This document shows positions 36,826-50,196 of a stretch of 64,000 bases of DNA, one piece after another. Origin of the DNA: Podarcis filfolensis (taxonomy: Eukaryota). Every line of letters starts with the position of its first letter. Positions within the stretch are counted from its first letter, which is position 1. The position numbers and the translations under genes were made by a program. The stretch is taken from the NCBI GenBank assembly GCA_964270895.1, contig OZ185435.1. One strand, written 5' to 3'. Below the pieces are notes generated by a model, which worked only from the letters and a program-made list of their open reading frames with translations, searched no databases and had not been told where the DNA came from.

Positions 36826-39800
36826 ATACAGTGCTTTTTTCTGGGGGGACACAGCATACCCCTAAACATTTTGTGAATCTAAATTTGGCCTCATTGAAGG
36901 GCAGTATTTTAATATGAGCAGGAAAATGAGAGTCCCCTTAAACTATTTTTTTTTAAAGAAAAAAAGCACTGCACACACAGAGATAGAGATGTGGATGCAT
37001 TTTATAGTTCTATATATCTGCATGCAATCCAAAGGGGATTGAGAAAAGCTTGTTCTTCTCAGCTTTTTCAAGATCACCAGCTCCCATTTGACTTAGCAAT
37101 GTACGGTTTTACCTTTGCTCTTCCTGCGTGATCTTTGATTCTTAGAAGGCATTTCTGCAATGATTTGTGTTCTGTAAATGGCCTTGTTTCAGTCACCTCC
37201 ATGACCCTAAAAGTGTTTTTAAAAATCCATTCAGGCTCCAGTTAAAATCTTGAAGCAGCTAATAAGGAAAGAGGAAATAAAATCCACAGGCAGCCAAGGC
37301 ACTCCTACCTGAACTCATATATTTCTCCTGGTATTGGTATGTCAAAGTTTGTTTTTGCTGGGTAAATATTATCTTTGAGGGCTGCTTTGCAGGCCCATCG
37401 GGTGACCAGTTGAGGAGGAGGTAAAGGGCATTAAACAATGCTGCTTAGAACTCTCAGGGATCCTGTCAAGTGGCTCCGGTGCTGTGTCCTTTCTCATGGC
37501 CCTGTGATAAAGCCTTGTGCTCCTTGATAGTTGCTGCTGTGGCCAAGGCCAGCTTTGCCTTGGCTTGCAGCCCTGAACGGCTGCTTTTCAAAACAAACAG
37601 CATCCTACCATGACATTTCCAACAGGCTGGGGTGGCTTTTTGTTTCCTCTGTTTCTGTGCAGTTGAAAACAAGCATATGGCAACAGGCAATTACAGGACA
37701 CTAAAAAGGGGAGGGGGTGCTTGTAGTTGTTGATCCACACTGCTGCAAGAATATGTGCAACTTTATCATTATCAAATGCAAAATGAATAAGTTCCTAAAG
37801 CAAGCATAATTGGTACTCCTTCCCTCCCCCTGCTTCCTTGTCCCTCTGGTCTTGCCTACTTATCACATAATAAATGGCCATCACCAATGCCAGTCTGAGG
37901 GCTGCAGCAATTTGTTCAGCCCAAGTGAAAGTTGAAATTTAACTATTGTTTAAATCCCTCCATTCCTAGGCTATCTGACCTGACCTAGAATAAAGCAACA
38001 AGGAACAACAAGTAATAGTTCTCCAGGATGCTGTCATTTATCTACAAAGAACAGTTGCCTTCGTGAAACAATTCACTCCTTTCCTTTTATCCCTGATATT
38101 ATTCATGCTTAGATCCTTGTACCTGCTGCTGCTATTAGTATAGCTGTCACCAATGTGTTACGCGGGTTGGTATGCAGGTCTTCTAGTCATGTTATGATTA
38201 GTTGGTGGCTCCATGTTGCCCTCAGCAATAGGCATGCCACAGGTTCAAAAACCCTACACCAAAAACCCTTGAGCTTGTTCTCACTGCCAGTTGCACTGCA
38301 GTTTCCCGCGGACTGCTGTTTGCTCCGATTCAGCGGTAAAGGATGGGTTTCCCAGACAAAGCTCTGGGACAAAAGAAAACAACCAGCCTTATTCAGACAT
38401 GGAGCTTTAAAGCACAGGACCTGTCCCTTGAAAGCATAACACGAAAGGAAGTCTGGATGAGCCCATAGTGCTGCAGGGATTTTGGGATTGCCATATCTGT
38501 CCGTATTTTTAAGAAGCAGTGAGGAATGATGTGCGGAGATGGTTAACTAGCAGATACAGGCTGCTCTTGCCCAATCTGAACACATTTCGCCTTAGACCAC
38601 ATGCTATACTGGGCATGTGTATATATTCCAAGCTGTTTTGTCCGCATGACGTGTTAAAAAGTGTCAGGCAGAAATGCTTACAGGCTCTGCATTTGTTTTG
38701 ATGAGGCAGAGAGCCAGGAAAGTATGAAGATATTCCAGAGATCCTGAAGGAGATTCCAACAGCACACGGAGGGCACTGGGCCACAGTCTCGCTTCCCTCT
38801 TCCCACCAGTGGGAAAGCAAGTACATTGGGTTATGATGTGCTAAGCGTGCAGACTTGGGAGTGAGGTCAGTGGTAATCTATAACATATGTGCTTGAGAAC
38901 GAAGAAAACGGCTCTCAAGAAGGATAGACTCCTTCCAGAAACAGAGTGCTCTAGTTTCTAATGTTAAAACGTTAATCCTCTGAGGTGGGGAAGGGGCATT
39001 GGAAAAGCAGGCCTCACCTGGGCACCCCTGCTTGTGTTTTGTTATTGAATTATGTTAAAAGGTTAATCTTTTCAGAAGCCTTATAATCCCCTGAAAGGGT
39101 GAGGCTAATACAGCAATAAGCACAGCTTGAGAGAGAGGGTGTGTTGTTTGGAAACCCTCCCTCCTGCTTTTAATTTCCACAAACTATTCATGACCTTTTG
39201 AAATCCATCTTAACAGGAGGTTATGAATAGCAAGCAAAAGATTCTCTAAGCAGTGGTCCGCTCCCCCCCCCTTTTCCACCTACACACAGAAACAAAGGCC
39301 AGAAAACTGTCCATTCTGAAAATGGCTTTGAAATACAAATTTGATGTGATCAGGGAACATCCACCTCAATGGGTCTTAGTTTTCATCTTCCCCCACAGCT
39401 CCTCCAGCCTCATGTGACTCATGGTGGATGTTGTGGATGTTTCATGGGGTCTTTTGACAGGGAAACTCTCTGCAAAGCAGATGTGATTAATTATGGTGCT
39501 GATAAGCATATAGAGTGCCTAGTACAAAACATCTCCCCCTTTTTCCAGTGTCGGATTAGGAGTCTCTGTAGAGGCAGTAAACACACCATGCATGTTGCAA
39601 TTCTTTGTTACTGGGCACCAATCCTTGGATGTTTCTTAATTATGTAGCTACTAAACTCTCAGTTTAGATCGCTTGCCTATGATTATCCTTAGAAATAGAT
39701 CTAGAAATGTTAAAAAATGTTTATCCCACCGTTTTGTTAGGCTGCAGTACACAAGGTAGCTTATCAACATATAGGTATGTTGATTTACCATCTCTTCAAG

Positions 39801-41744
39801 AGGCTGTTCTAAACACTAGGTGCTAGCACTGAAAAGGCCTTCTCTCTGGTTCACATCTACTTTATTTTAGATGGCAGAGGGGTCCTAAAAGAGAACCTCA
39901 GCTGTTGATTAAAGGTGCTGAGCAGATTCATCGTCATGAAGCAACCACAAGGGAAGGGAACAGCTTGTACTCATTAAAAGAATGAGCTGTGAGCTTGGAT
40001 GTTTGATCCTCAGTTCAAACCTCACCACATGAACTCACTGGATGGCCTTGCGCAAGTCACTATTCCTCCAGCGTCAGTCCTTATCTCTGTTACATGAAGC
40101 CAAGAATATTGGCCTGGCTTTCAAGGGGCATTGCATGAACGTTCTGCTGGACTTCAGCAAATGTGCTTATGCTTGGTACTTTAATGTGTGCCTTGGGACA
40201 TACCAAGTAAACATAGATGAAGGTAAGGAAGTACAGATTATTTTCACCCACCACTGAGGAACTACAAAGTCTCTGCACACCAGGGATTAGGTCAAAGAAT
40301 GCTATAACCAGATCATCTTGAGCCCTGGTATCTCCCACTCTTCCCCCAAAAGTTATTTAAAACTGCAATTTTCTGGTGAGGGAGCAGGTTGTGTCAGTTC
40401 TTTGACATAATACCAGTGTGTGGAAGGTCTCATTTTGGTTCACCCTGGTATGTTTCTACATTTGTTTCTACAATGTCTGTGTCTGTTCAAGCTGCCAAGT
40501 AATAGGAATGAAGCGGCTCTATCTTTCTCAGTTAATAATGATCTCTACAGTCACTCCTCTCGATAAGATATTATTCCAACTGTTGCACAATAAACTGAGC
40601 AAACAATCTCCTTGATATCTATTAAAAACTCCCCAAGTATATGCTGACTTTCCTGCCTTTGGGTTAGGTCAGATAGTTTGGCCTTCCAGAGGTTTGCTGA
40701 ACTGCAACTCCCATAATCCCTGCCCATTGTCCATGCTTGCTTGGCCTGATGGGAGTTGTAGTTCAGCAACATCCAAAGGTCCTCTGGGTTAAGTCCTGTG
40801 CAGGTGCAGGTGCAGGTGTCTGTGTGAACTGGCCACCAGCTTTAATTATATCCATTTGTTCAGAATCAGAGCATCTCAAGCTTTGTTGTCATAACCTGGG
40901 GGAAGTCTTGTTTTTCCTGCGAGCTCCAAAATTCTGGTTGCTACTGCCAAAAGAAAAGTGTTACTTTCTTTAAAATTCTGACAGAACACCACTGCATGAA
41001 TTTGGTCCAGAAGTATGTCGATAAATCTGGCATTCTTTCTTGCTTTCCCTTATTCCTCAAACTTCTCCCTGGAACAACTATGAAGTAAAACTTCTCTTCC
41101 CTTACTCTTTCCCTACTACTTCAAAGGCCCTTAAAAAATTCACCAGGTTTGCTGATGATTGTACCAAATGATATAGGTTATTAAAAACAAAAGGGGGGAG
41201 CCAAGAGCTCCAAAAGCAGTGGGGTGATTATTATTATTTTGGTCACATTGATAAATAAGGACTATTTTAATTCTGTCTGGACATGGCAGGTTATATTTCT
41301 GGTTTGTTCCACTGATTGATCATCAGTAAACATTGTTGTGGGTAGTATGAGCACAGTCTGTTACCTTCTGTACTAATCCTCTTCTGCTGAGCATACACCA
41401 CTAAAACTTCAGACAGATCTTTCCTGTTTTCTTTAAAAGGGATGTTAAAAATAAACTTAATGGGCTAGAAGCAGAAACAACAGGCTTGAGTATTACACCT
41501 GCCTGTAGCACCTCTGGGCAATTTTGTACAGCCTGCGACTTTCCTATCCCCCCCCCTTTTTTAAAAAAATCTTAATAAAAATACTGGTGGCGGTTCTACA
41601 TAAAGTATTGGCAAAAACTTCCTTCTAGCTGGCTTCCTTGAACTTTGACTGCATATGATTTATGATCTGATATTCTAAGCCACATGACATGGACATAAAA
41701 AAATACATAGAGAGAGGCTTTGATAGTTTTGAGGGTTGTCTTCA

Positions 41745-42102
41745 CACACACTTCATGCACAGCGGCTCCCAGACTTTGGAACTCCCTCCCTAGAGAAGTC
41801 AGACTGGCTCCCTTCTTGCTGTCTTTCTGCCAGCAGGTAAAGACTTTCTTGTTCCAACAGGCTTTTGGGAATTAACTGATTTTAATGAAAGGGTTACTGC
41901 CATGCTGTTTTTATTGTGATTATTGCAGTGTTTTAAACAGTTTTTTAAAAATATGCATATAGTTTTAATTCTTTCATTACTTAATTGTATTTTAATGATG
42001 GATTTTTCTATGTTTTAGCAGTTCTTGTTTTTATCTGTAAGTCACCTTGAGTCCCATCTAAGAAAAAAGGCAGGGAATGAATGACTGAATGAATGAATGA
42101 TG
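41745..42102 (+). mobile_element. L2-type LINE 3' end with (GAAT)n tail
   Basis: GGAACTCCCTCCCTAGAGAAGTCAGACTGGCTCCC...GCAGGTAAAGACTTT...GTAAGTCACCTTGAG, followed by GAAT repeats. Confidence 0.65.
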
Positions 42103-43070
42103 CATTTTATTTCTACGCAAGATGGAAACCCCAACCCTGTGTGTCTTTGTGCCCATGGAAGCCTAATCAAGAAAAAGCTGCTTTCCTAGAAGATTACTTA
42201 ATTGCTCCCAGTCTTCCCAATGTAATTGACATTCCTGTTTTAATAGGAATTACTTTTGGCTATATGGATCAGGAAAGTTTCCAGACTGCACAATTATTTG
42301 GGTAACCAATAAACTGGGGCTGCCTCTGGGCTTCATTTGGAAGTTGCAGCTCATGCAGAATGCAGCAGGTAGGGTGCTGAGCAGAGTCCCTGGCTGTACA
42401 CACATTACTCCTCCGTTTAAAAAATTGCAGTGGCTGTTCATTGGCAACCAAGCCGTGTTCAAGGTTTTTAATATTGCCATTTAAAGCCTTAAAAAACTTG
42501 GGACCACTAACAGATCACTTTCCCCAGTTCAGACTCAGTGGACCCTGAGAATCATTGTAGGAGGCCTTGCTGACTATGCTGTGGCCTTCCCTTGTGTCAT
42601 TTGGGAGGCATCAACAATGGCATTTTCAGATGCTTTTAAAAAATGTATTTGTCTTCCCTGATTGCACTGCTTAACATTATGATTTCGTATATATCACCTA
42701 GATTTTATTGGTGATCTGACAATTATATTCTTTCTTGTTAACTGTTTGGAGATTTAGTTTATTTTTAGGTTAAGCGGTTGTATAAATAAAAGTTAGAACT
42801 GTTGGCAGCAATGCTTAACGCCTTACCCTTTTTCGTCTTCGCGCAGAATTTGTGGACATGCTGTTAATCTACATTTAGGCAGAGGAGCCTGCAAAACAGA
42901 TGCGCCACAGAATGTGTGTGTAAGTAGCTCATTTACTAGAGTGATCAGAAAGCAGTGCGTTTCTACAGTTTGGGACAAGCATACAAAATATCCTGTGGAG
43001 GGGGCATTATCTATAGTGAATAAACAATGGGATAAATATTCTAGTATGAGTAGAAATTAATGTACAGTAC

Positions 43071-43198
43071 ATGCTGGCCACATAACCCGAAAAGCTGTCT
43101 GTGGACAACCGCTGGCTCCTTCGGCCTGAAGTGAGATGAGCACCGCACCCCATAGTTGCCTTTGACTGGACTTACCGTCTAGGGGTCCTTTACCTTTA
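43071..43198 (+). mobile_element. Sauria SINE 3' portion
   Basis: CTGGCCACATAACCCG..AAGCTGTCTGTGGACAA...GAGATGAGCACCGCACCCC...GGGGTCCTTTACCTTTA. Confidence 0.75.
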
Positions 43199-43617
43199 TG
43201 TATAAGGGATAACTGGGAAATAATTTATTTGCATCCCTCCCCTAATTGACTTGCACACAGTGCAATCCTTTGCATGTCTGCTCAGAAGTACATTCCAGCT
43301 AAATATGTGTAGGATTGCAGCCTTAGAGTGTGTTGCTATGTTGGAGCATCCTAAGAAGTGGTCCAAAGAGCAAACTTTCTATGCATACAAAAGTGCCGCT
43401 TAAGTTGTCTTCATTTCCTTTCAAACAGTTATATGGATTTTAGTTTGGTGAGGGTGCTGAGAATTTTTTTGAACATGCTAAACTACCCTTGTAGGATTAC
43501 AATTACCTAAGGAAAGGAGACAGTTGTTAAAATTGTTTTAAGGATGTGGCGTTGTTAGAAAGTGCTTCATGGAAATAAATAATAAGCAGCTTTCAACTGG
43601 ACATATCAGGACCCCAA

Positions 43618-43736
43618 GGGTTGCATTCCGCTAAGTTTTACTTAGAGTAGAACCATTGAAATTTATGTACCAAAGTTAGTCTTTGTCATTAATTTCAATG
43701 GCTCTGCTCTCAGTAGACGTTAATTGAATGCAACCC
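43618..43736. mobile_element. hairpin MITE-like element
   Basis: Perfect 11-bp terminal inverted repeat GGGTTGCATTC/GAATGCAACCC, with internal CCATTGAAAT/ATTTCAATGG arms. Confidence 0.75.
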
Positions 43737-43801
43737 TTGGTAGCAACTTCAGGAATTTCGCTTGTGTTTCTCTGAATCTGAACCAGTGGTGTCTTGAACA
43801 C

Positions 43802-43802
<1 letters not shown>

Positions 43803-43841
<39 letters not shown>

Positions 43842-43970
43842 TAATTAATTGCTTATACCTCGCCCATCTGACCGGGCCTCCCCAGCCACTCTGGCCGGCT
43901 CCCAACAGAATCTTAAAAACATGATAAAACATCAAATATTAACAACTTCCCTAAACAAAAGACTGGCTAA
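43803..43970 (-). mobile_element. L2-type LINE 3' end; the tail appears as (AAT)n
   Basis: (AAT)n followed by the reverse complement of the element end seen at 29880-29945. Confidence 0.65.
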
Positions 43971-45143
43971 TCTAAAAGTCCAAAAATGTGTGCTTATTCC
44001 AGGGGCGACTAAGCATGTTTGGCCTGGGAGCTGCATGACAGCAATGGGTGCAGCCACCAGCACATTATTGAGTACATACAGCGGGAGCCAATCAACCCCT
44101 CCTTTCTCACCAAGTGACAAATCTGATGACCCAAGAGGGGACCAGTCTGCATCCCTGTCAGGGTTCTGGGCTGGACAGGGAGGATTCAACCTTTGTGCTC
44201 ATCCCAACATGGCTGCCTACTTTATATTCCAATTGCCAATTGGGAGGGTCTTGGCTCTTCCCTGTCCTATCTTCTCCTAATTAGATTCTGTGGTGATCTC
44301 TTGCTTAATGCTTTTCTTCTCTTGGCAGCCCACAGCTGCTGACGGAGAATTTTCATTTTACAGAAATATAGAGCAAGTGTAAAAAGAGGGGATGTGGGTA
44401 GGCCTCTACCCATAATGCTCAGGGGCACTCAGTCCTGTTCTTTCAAGAAAGCTGTCAGCTGCCCTTTGCTTTTGAAATGCAGGCTTCTGTGAGAAAATCG
44501 CAAGTTAATCCCATTGTTACTAGACGTCAATTTCCCTTCTCTTTATTGTCTTTCAGTAATAGGAATGGGGTAATCCCAGTCCTTTGTTTCATATTCAACA
44601 AGGCATATTACTTGGGAGCATGATGATGGCCTTTCACTCAATCAGCTGGTTCCCACTTAATAAATACAAGTGAGCAAGGTGAGCTGGTGGGTGCAGCTAA
44701 TACAGTGCTTATTTCATTCCTCCCTGCTCCTCTTGCTGCTACTGCCATGCTACAGACAGAACAAGCCAGAGTCCAGCTTATTGTGACCTCTGAACCCAGG
44801 CTCATCACTTGTTTCTCTTGATATAAACCATGAGTGTTAAGTCAAGAACAAATTTTGGCTTCTATGGAAACATCACCACGAGTTGGACTCTGGCTTATTT
44901 CTTGGTGGCAGGGAAACAATGGAGGGTTGAAGGAAGCATTGCATTGGCTGCACCTACCAGCACATTCCTCCTTTGTGTTAAGCCATAGTTGATTTTAAAC
45001 TATGGTTTAATGTTACTTGCGAATCAGGCCAGTGTTTTGAGGAGTCTAAACAATTCAATCCAACATTGCTTTTTGAAGAAGAATGCCTTATATTTGCAGT
45101 TAGATGCACTCCAGTCCATGCGAATAAATGGTCATTTGAAGCA

Positions 45144-45344
45144 ATGGAAAGACCTGGGGAAGAACTCTCTGAAAGTTCCCATGCGGAGGACAAGGAAGAG
45201 GATGGAGCAGCCTCAGGCATCTCTTCTTCTCTCTGCTTGAATGATGTGGGAAACATGCAGGTGGAGATGCTGGAGAAGGCCAGGGAGCTCTTCAGGCTCT
45301 GTGACAAGGAGGAGAAGGGCTTTATCACCAAGCTGGACATGCAG
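45144..45344 (+). CDS. CRACR2B: CRACR2B first coding exon: MERPGEEL...MLEKARELFRLCDKEEKGFITKLDMQ (EF-hand 1)
   Basis: ATG in strong context gcaATGg; acceptor tatttgcag ending at 45099; donor CAG|GTAAGC; 201 coding nt. The start codon choice is inferred. Confidence 0.9.
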
Positions 45345-47630
45345 GTAAGCAGGAAAATTGACCGTTGCCACCTCCTTTGCAGAGGAAAAGCTCTTGCTTT
45401 CCTGAACTGCCACCTATGAGCAATGTACTGCCATGTGTAGATTTTATTTGCCATTGTGCTGGAGAGTGATTTCATCAACACCCCACTGATATCAGAAGTC
45501 TATAATGTGTGTGTGTTAAGGGGTGTGTGTGTAAGACTTGAAAACTCCTGTTGACACATCAGGGGCTGCTGTTGCTGCTGCTGTGAAATTTGCTCTGTCT
45601 GTACTTCCATTCCTTCTCTATCTTAGGGTGATGAAATGCCAGGGAGGACAAGGGATCCTGTATCTTTCACAGCAGTGTGGAATTTCTGGCAGGTGCAACC
45701 TGTCATGAAAGCTCCTGCCCAAAAGTTCCTTCGTCCACACAGCTATTAGAAATGTAGAGGCCCCTTTGCTCTCATGCCCCTGATCTACTGTTTCTCCTTC
45801 AAAGGCTATGCTGAATGACCGGTGCTTGAGCAAAGCACTAAGCACCTATCACCCAGACACAAAATTCCCCACTCTATGCTCAACAGGTTGATAGTGACCC
45901 AGCCTCAGACCTGCTCTCATTTCAGTATGGCTTCAGGCCTGGACATCAGGGCCGGCACAGCCGTTAGGTGAGGTGAGGCTGCCAGCAGAGAAGCAGCACC
46001 GGCAACGATTTTGGGTAAGATTGCACCAATTTCTGGCAAGATCTCACCGAAATCATGTAAGATCTTGCAGAGCACATGAGCTCTTGTGCAATTTCAGCGA
46101 GATTTCTCTAGAAATTGTCAGAATCTCACCCGAAATCTGTGCCAACAGTAAAGGCGGCAGGGCAGTACTTCCTGTTTCACCTGAAGTGGCAAGTGTGCTG
46201 GACATGGTACCGAAACTGCGTTGGTCCCCTTGGCTGATGACTTCTGGATGAGGGAGTTCAACCCTGTGCTTGAATTATTGTTATGGGTGGTTGCTTATGT
46301 TATGTTTGTTGCTGTTTTGATTGTATTGTGCGTGTTTTCTGTTGTTACATGCTGCGACTCACCCTGCAACCTTCTGATTGAAAGGCAGGGAATATGTATT
46401 AGAAAGAAATCATATCATTAGGCTGAGTGAGGGAGCTAGTGAGTGCACCATTTGCCCTCTATTGGAGGGCAGAGCTTGTCCTGTTCCTCCCAAATTGGTC
46501 TGCTTCCCTCAGGTGACACGGAGGACACTATCCGCTTGTTGGCGTTGGAGTAACTTTCACCTGCCAGTCCACTTGGCTTCTGGAATGGGGGGTAGCTTGT
46601 CCTTGTCTGAGACTGCAAAATATATTGGGCTGGCCCTGGGCCATTTTATTGCTTTTGTTAAAAACAAAACTAAACTGTAAATCACTCGGGCATCTACCAC
46701 CAGATCCAGATCTCACTCTGTGCCCATCTTTGGTTTAGGGTAGCAAGGTGAAAAAGGAGGGCAGGTTTCTTGCACCTTTGCAAGAGTTCTGTAGAAGAAA
46801 GAATGTCTGCAGGTGGAGTTTGACCTGCAAACTTCCACCTGCTGAATTCCCTTCTTTTGTACAACTGTTAAAGCTCCCAGAGCTCCTGAGGTCACTCGGG
46901 GAATTTATCCTGTTTCACGCTTATTAAGCAAGAGCTGGTTTCCCCAGTGAGTTGTGCAATAAATTATGTAATGCCAGATTTTGTACACACACCTGTTAAC
47001 AGAAGCACTTGCAGTATCTGTCCTGATGGAGTTGCAGTTTTGGTCCTCTTGTACCAAAACATCGTCTTTGCACCACCCCTTTCCTTATTATGAGATTGGA
47101 CTTCATAGACTTCTGTTGCCTTCTTTTGGAGAACGGCATGAGCTCTCAACAAGCTCCAGTGCTCATTGACTTGAGTTTGGCAAGGGTGAAAAATAAATGT
47201 AGTGAGGGGGGTATAGCAACCTCTGGCCCAATCTGTATGTTCAGTAGAAGCTTTCCCTCCTATCATGCATGCAAGCCATGAGCTAGAATGTTTTTGTTTG
47301 TTTGTGGAGGTGGAGCAGGAGCAGGAGCAGTCATGCAGCAGGAGGAGAATGGCAGGGGGATGCAGGAGGGACAGTCGAGGAATGGCACTGCTGTCCCCCA
47401 GCATTTGCTCCTTGAGGCAGCTGCCCCATCCTGCCTAACAGTAGGGCTGCCTCCTTTCCTCAGGTCACCTTTTTCTGGGTTTGGGCTCAGATTAAGAATT
47501 TGCAGCTTGCACACTTTGAATTTGGGCACTTGTGGCAGTAACAGTGAAGGGAGCTGGGAAAATAGGACGAATGGAAGTTTTTTCTTGTGGTTATAATGGT
47601 CTGTCCTTTCTTTTTCCTCCTCCTTCACAG

Positions 47631-47742
47631 CGGCTACAAAGTGAACTTCCTCTCACTCCTGAACAACTAGAATCTGTTTTTGACAGCCTAGAACAAGACA
47701 ATAATGGGTATCTCACGCCAGTTGAATTCAGTATGGGACTAG
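47631..47742 (+). CDS. CRACR2B: CRACR2B exon: RLQSELPLTPEQLESVFDSLEQDNNGYLTPVEFSMGL(G) (EF-hand 2)
   Basis: Long pyrimidine tract plus cag; donor GTAAGA; 112 nt. Confidence 0.96.
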
Positions 47743-47834
47743 GTAAGAGGAATGAGGGAGTGTGAAGCTCAGTGGCTATATGGAGAAAATGACAACTACT
47801 GTTGCTTAGCATGTATGTGGGCAGTGGACAGAAT

Positions 47835-48036
47835 GGGAAGAAATGGCCTTAGCTCAGTGGTAGAGTTTCTGCCTTGCATGCAGAGGGCCACAAATTCAAT
47901 CCCCAGCATCTCCAGGTAGGACTGGGAGAGGTTTCTTGCTGAAAACCCTGGAGAGCTGCTGCCAGTCAGTGTGGACAGTACTGACCTAGATGGACCAGTG
48001 AGTCTGATACAGTATAAGGCAGCTTCCTGTGTTCTT
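47835..48036 (+). mobile_element. near full-length tRNA-derived SINE (Squam3-like)
   Basis: tRNA-like head TAGCTCAGTGGTAGAG...TTCAATCCC, a body, and the tail ATAAGGCAGCTTCCTGTGTTC. Confidence 0.85.
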
Positions 48037-48198
48037 AACATAAATATTTTCCTTCCTTGGAATACTGGCAGTTTACCGTATATTAGGCAGCCAAGGCAAC
48101 TGCAGAGAATTAAGGAACTGTGGTATTGAGATAGAAACCCAGGGACCAGATTCAATACTCCTACATGGCAAATGTTATTTTTGCTAAATATAAAGCAG

Positions 48199-48209
48199 GC
48201 GTGCGCGCA

Positions 48210-48250
<41 letters not shown>
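48199..48250. repeat. compound (CG)n(CA)n alternating purine-pyrimidine tract
   Basis: GCGTGCGCGCATGCGCGCGCGC(AC)n ATATAT. Similar tracts at 52826-52850 and 58852-58896. Confidence 0.9.
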
Positions 48251-49780
48251 GAGAATGATGTGCAGCTTCTGGGGCTGTCTTTGCCATACATGCTTTCAAA
48301 CTTATCTCCAAAAGTGCAGTTCTTGGAGTAGTGAATTCCTGTATATTGCACCAGATTTCATGCTTGCACAGCATGATTGTGGAACGTGCACCCACCCTAC
48401 TGGTGAGCAATGCTGAGGTGGGGCTATATCATGCCATACACTCACTGTTTCTGCTGAGAAGGCTCTTTCCAATGCTTCCAGTTCAGCGCTCAAGCACGCA
48501 GCTCCTGTGGAGACATTGTGCAGCAGCCACCGCAGAGAGATCCACCTGCAGCAAAGTGCAGCCGAAGCTTTTTTGCCAAGTATGAGCTGCATGAGGGAGG
48601 GTTTTTCTTTCTTTCTATGGCCCTGTGCTGATTAGAAGAAGCCAAGTTCCTTTTTTCTCCTTAAGAAAACAGCTTTAAGTCAACAGTTCCAGGAATCTGA
48701 CGAAGATTCCAGGAAGAGTGCTGATCAAAGCTATCAGGAGTGGGGAGTTAGGCAAGAAGGTAACGGCAGGCTCTAATTTGAACTAGAACACAGTCATGTT
48801 CGTAGTGTGTTTTGCACAAGCCATAAATGTCGTGGTGTCCTAAAGCTCAGTGGGTAACATCTGGAATTGGACCGACCTGTATTGACATTGTGCAATTGTG
48901 CCAGTCCCCAGTCTCTAAGGCCAGAGTGGTTAACTCTTAAAACAACCATACTTTAATGGATCAAACCAATGATGGGTTGGGGAGGGCTGTGTATCAGGCT
49001 GTATTGCCTTTTTCATTTAGTAAGTTCTAAAGTGTGACAGATATTGTGCTGCTGTGCATTAAAAGTCTTCATATGGGCAAAGTAAGAAACCATAAGGCAT
49101 TTTAATTTAAAGGTGTTTTCTATAAAGAGAAGCTTATTGCAATATATGTTTTAGTCAGATGGTTATTTTTTAGTTTTACCCTCCCCTATGTACCAGTCCG
49201 TATGCAAAGATAAAACTTTAATTTTTATTTCTGTTTTTATTGTCCTTTCTGTTAGAAGTTACACATTTTGGGGGGGGGGGTAACACTATGGAAGTCTCTC
49301 AAACTTGGCATTGTTTAGAGCCTCAGCATGTATTAATCTGGCCCTGATCACTTACCTGGAAGTAAGACCCATTGAATTCAAGTGGGGCTCATTTCTGAGT
49401 AGACATGTATAGAACTCCATGGTAAATGCGTTGTTTAAAGTCCAGGACGCAGTCCTTGAACCTGTTTTGAGTGGAACGGCTTACCCTTGGAACATTTGGA
49501 ATAACAAAAGTGATATGGAGTAATGCAGAGTGCCTTTGAGCATGTGAAGAGCTTCCTTCCTTCATTACAGAAGTGAACCATGGTTCTGTGTTTGAAGTGG
49601 ACCAGTTCCAGTTCTTTTAATTTTTACTGTTGCCCTGATTTGGCTAAAAGAGGAAGGAGTCTGATATGGAGCTTGTGGATTTCACAAGCTCTCTCCCCTC
49701 ATAATTCAAACACTGATGCAAGCCATACCTGGGATTAGAGAGATCTTATAGTCCTTTGTTTTTCTCATTCCACTGACTAG

Positions 49781-49937
49781 GCAAATTCATAGGGATTGAG
49801 CAGTATGAGAGCTCTGGAAGCACCAGGCACGAGGAGACTTTTGAGTCAGGCTGGTCAGATGACTTGGACCAGGAAGAGGAAGAGAAGAGGTTTTGCTCCA
49901 TGTTGGAGCAGCTCGAAGCATCCCAGGTCTTTGAAGA
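49781..49937 (+). CDS. CRACR2B: CRACR2B exon: (G)KFIGIEQYESSGSTRHEETFESGWSDDLDQEEEEKRFCSMLEQLEASQVFE(D)
   Basis: Acceptor gactag, donor GTAAGT; 157 nt; phase 1 to 2. The ORF track shows a different frame here. Confidence 0.93.
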
Positions 49938-49973
49938 GTAAGTTGGAACTTTCCAACCTGTGCATGTTTATTA

Positions 49974-50196
49974 CAGTGGTACTTTGGTTTAAGAACAGCT
50001 TAGTTTATGAACAACTTGGATTAAGAACACTGCAAACCCAGAAGTAGGTGTTTTGGTTTGTGAATTTTGCCTTGGAAGTAGAACATGTTCTGCTTCCTGT
50101 TGAGTGTGTTCCATTTGTAAATTGAGTCCCACGCTGCTAGGGGAAAGCACGCCTTGGTTTAAGAACGGGTTAAGTTCGTAAACCAAGGTACCACTG
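49974..50196. mobile_element. Tigger-type MITE (second family)
   Basis: TIRs CAGTGGTACTTTGGTTTA / TAAACCAAGGTACCACTG, TA on both sides. Confidence 0.88.

Noticed and set aside
44978-45481. 167-aa minus-strand ORF
   Set aside because: Antisense shadow of the first CRACR2B coding exon.
45627-45692. 66-nt in-frame cassette exon between the two EF-hand exons (GDEMPGRTRDPVSFTAVWNFWQ)
   Set aside because: The acceptor is good and the frame open, but the donor CAG|GTGCAA is poor, the peptide has no family resemblance, and it would disrupt the EF-hand pair. RNA evidence would be needed.
47844-47905. tRNA gene
   Set aside because: The tRNA-like A/B boxes continue into a SINE body and tail shared with two other copies, and there is no proper acceptor stem.
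49796-50047. 83-aa ORF in the supplied track as the coding frame
   Set aside because: Wrong frame. The phase-1 acceptor at 49780 gives GKFIGIE...EETFESG, which matches the family.
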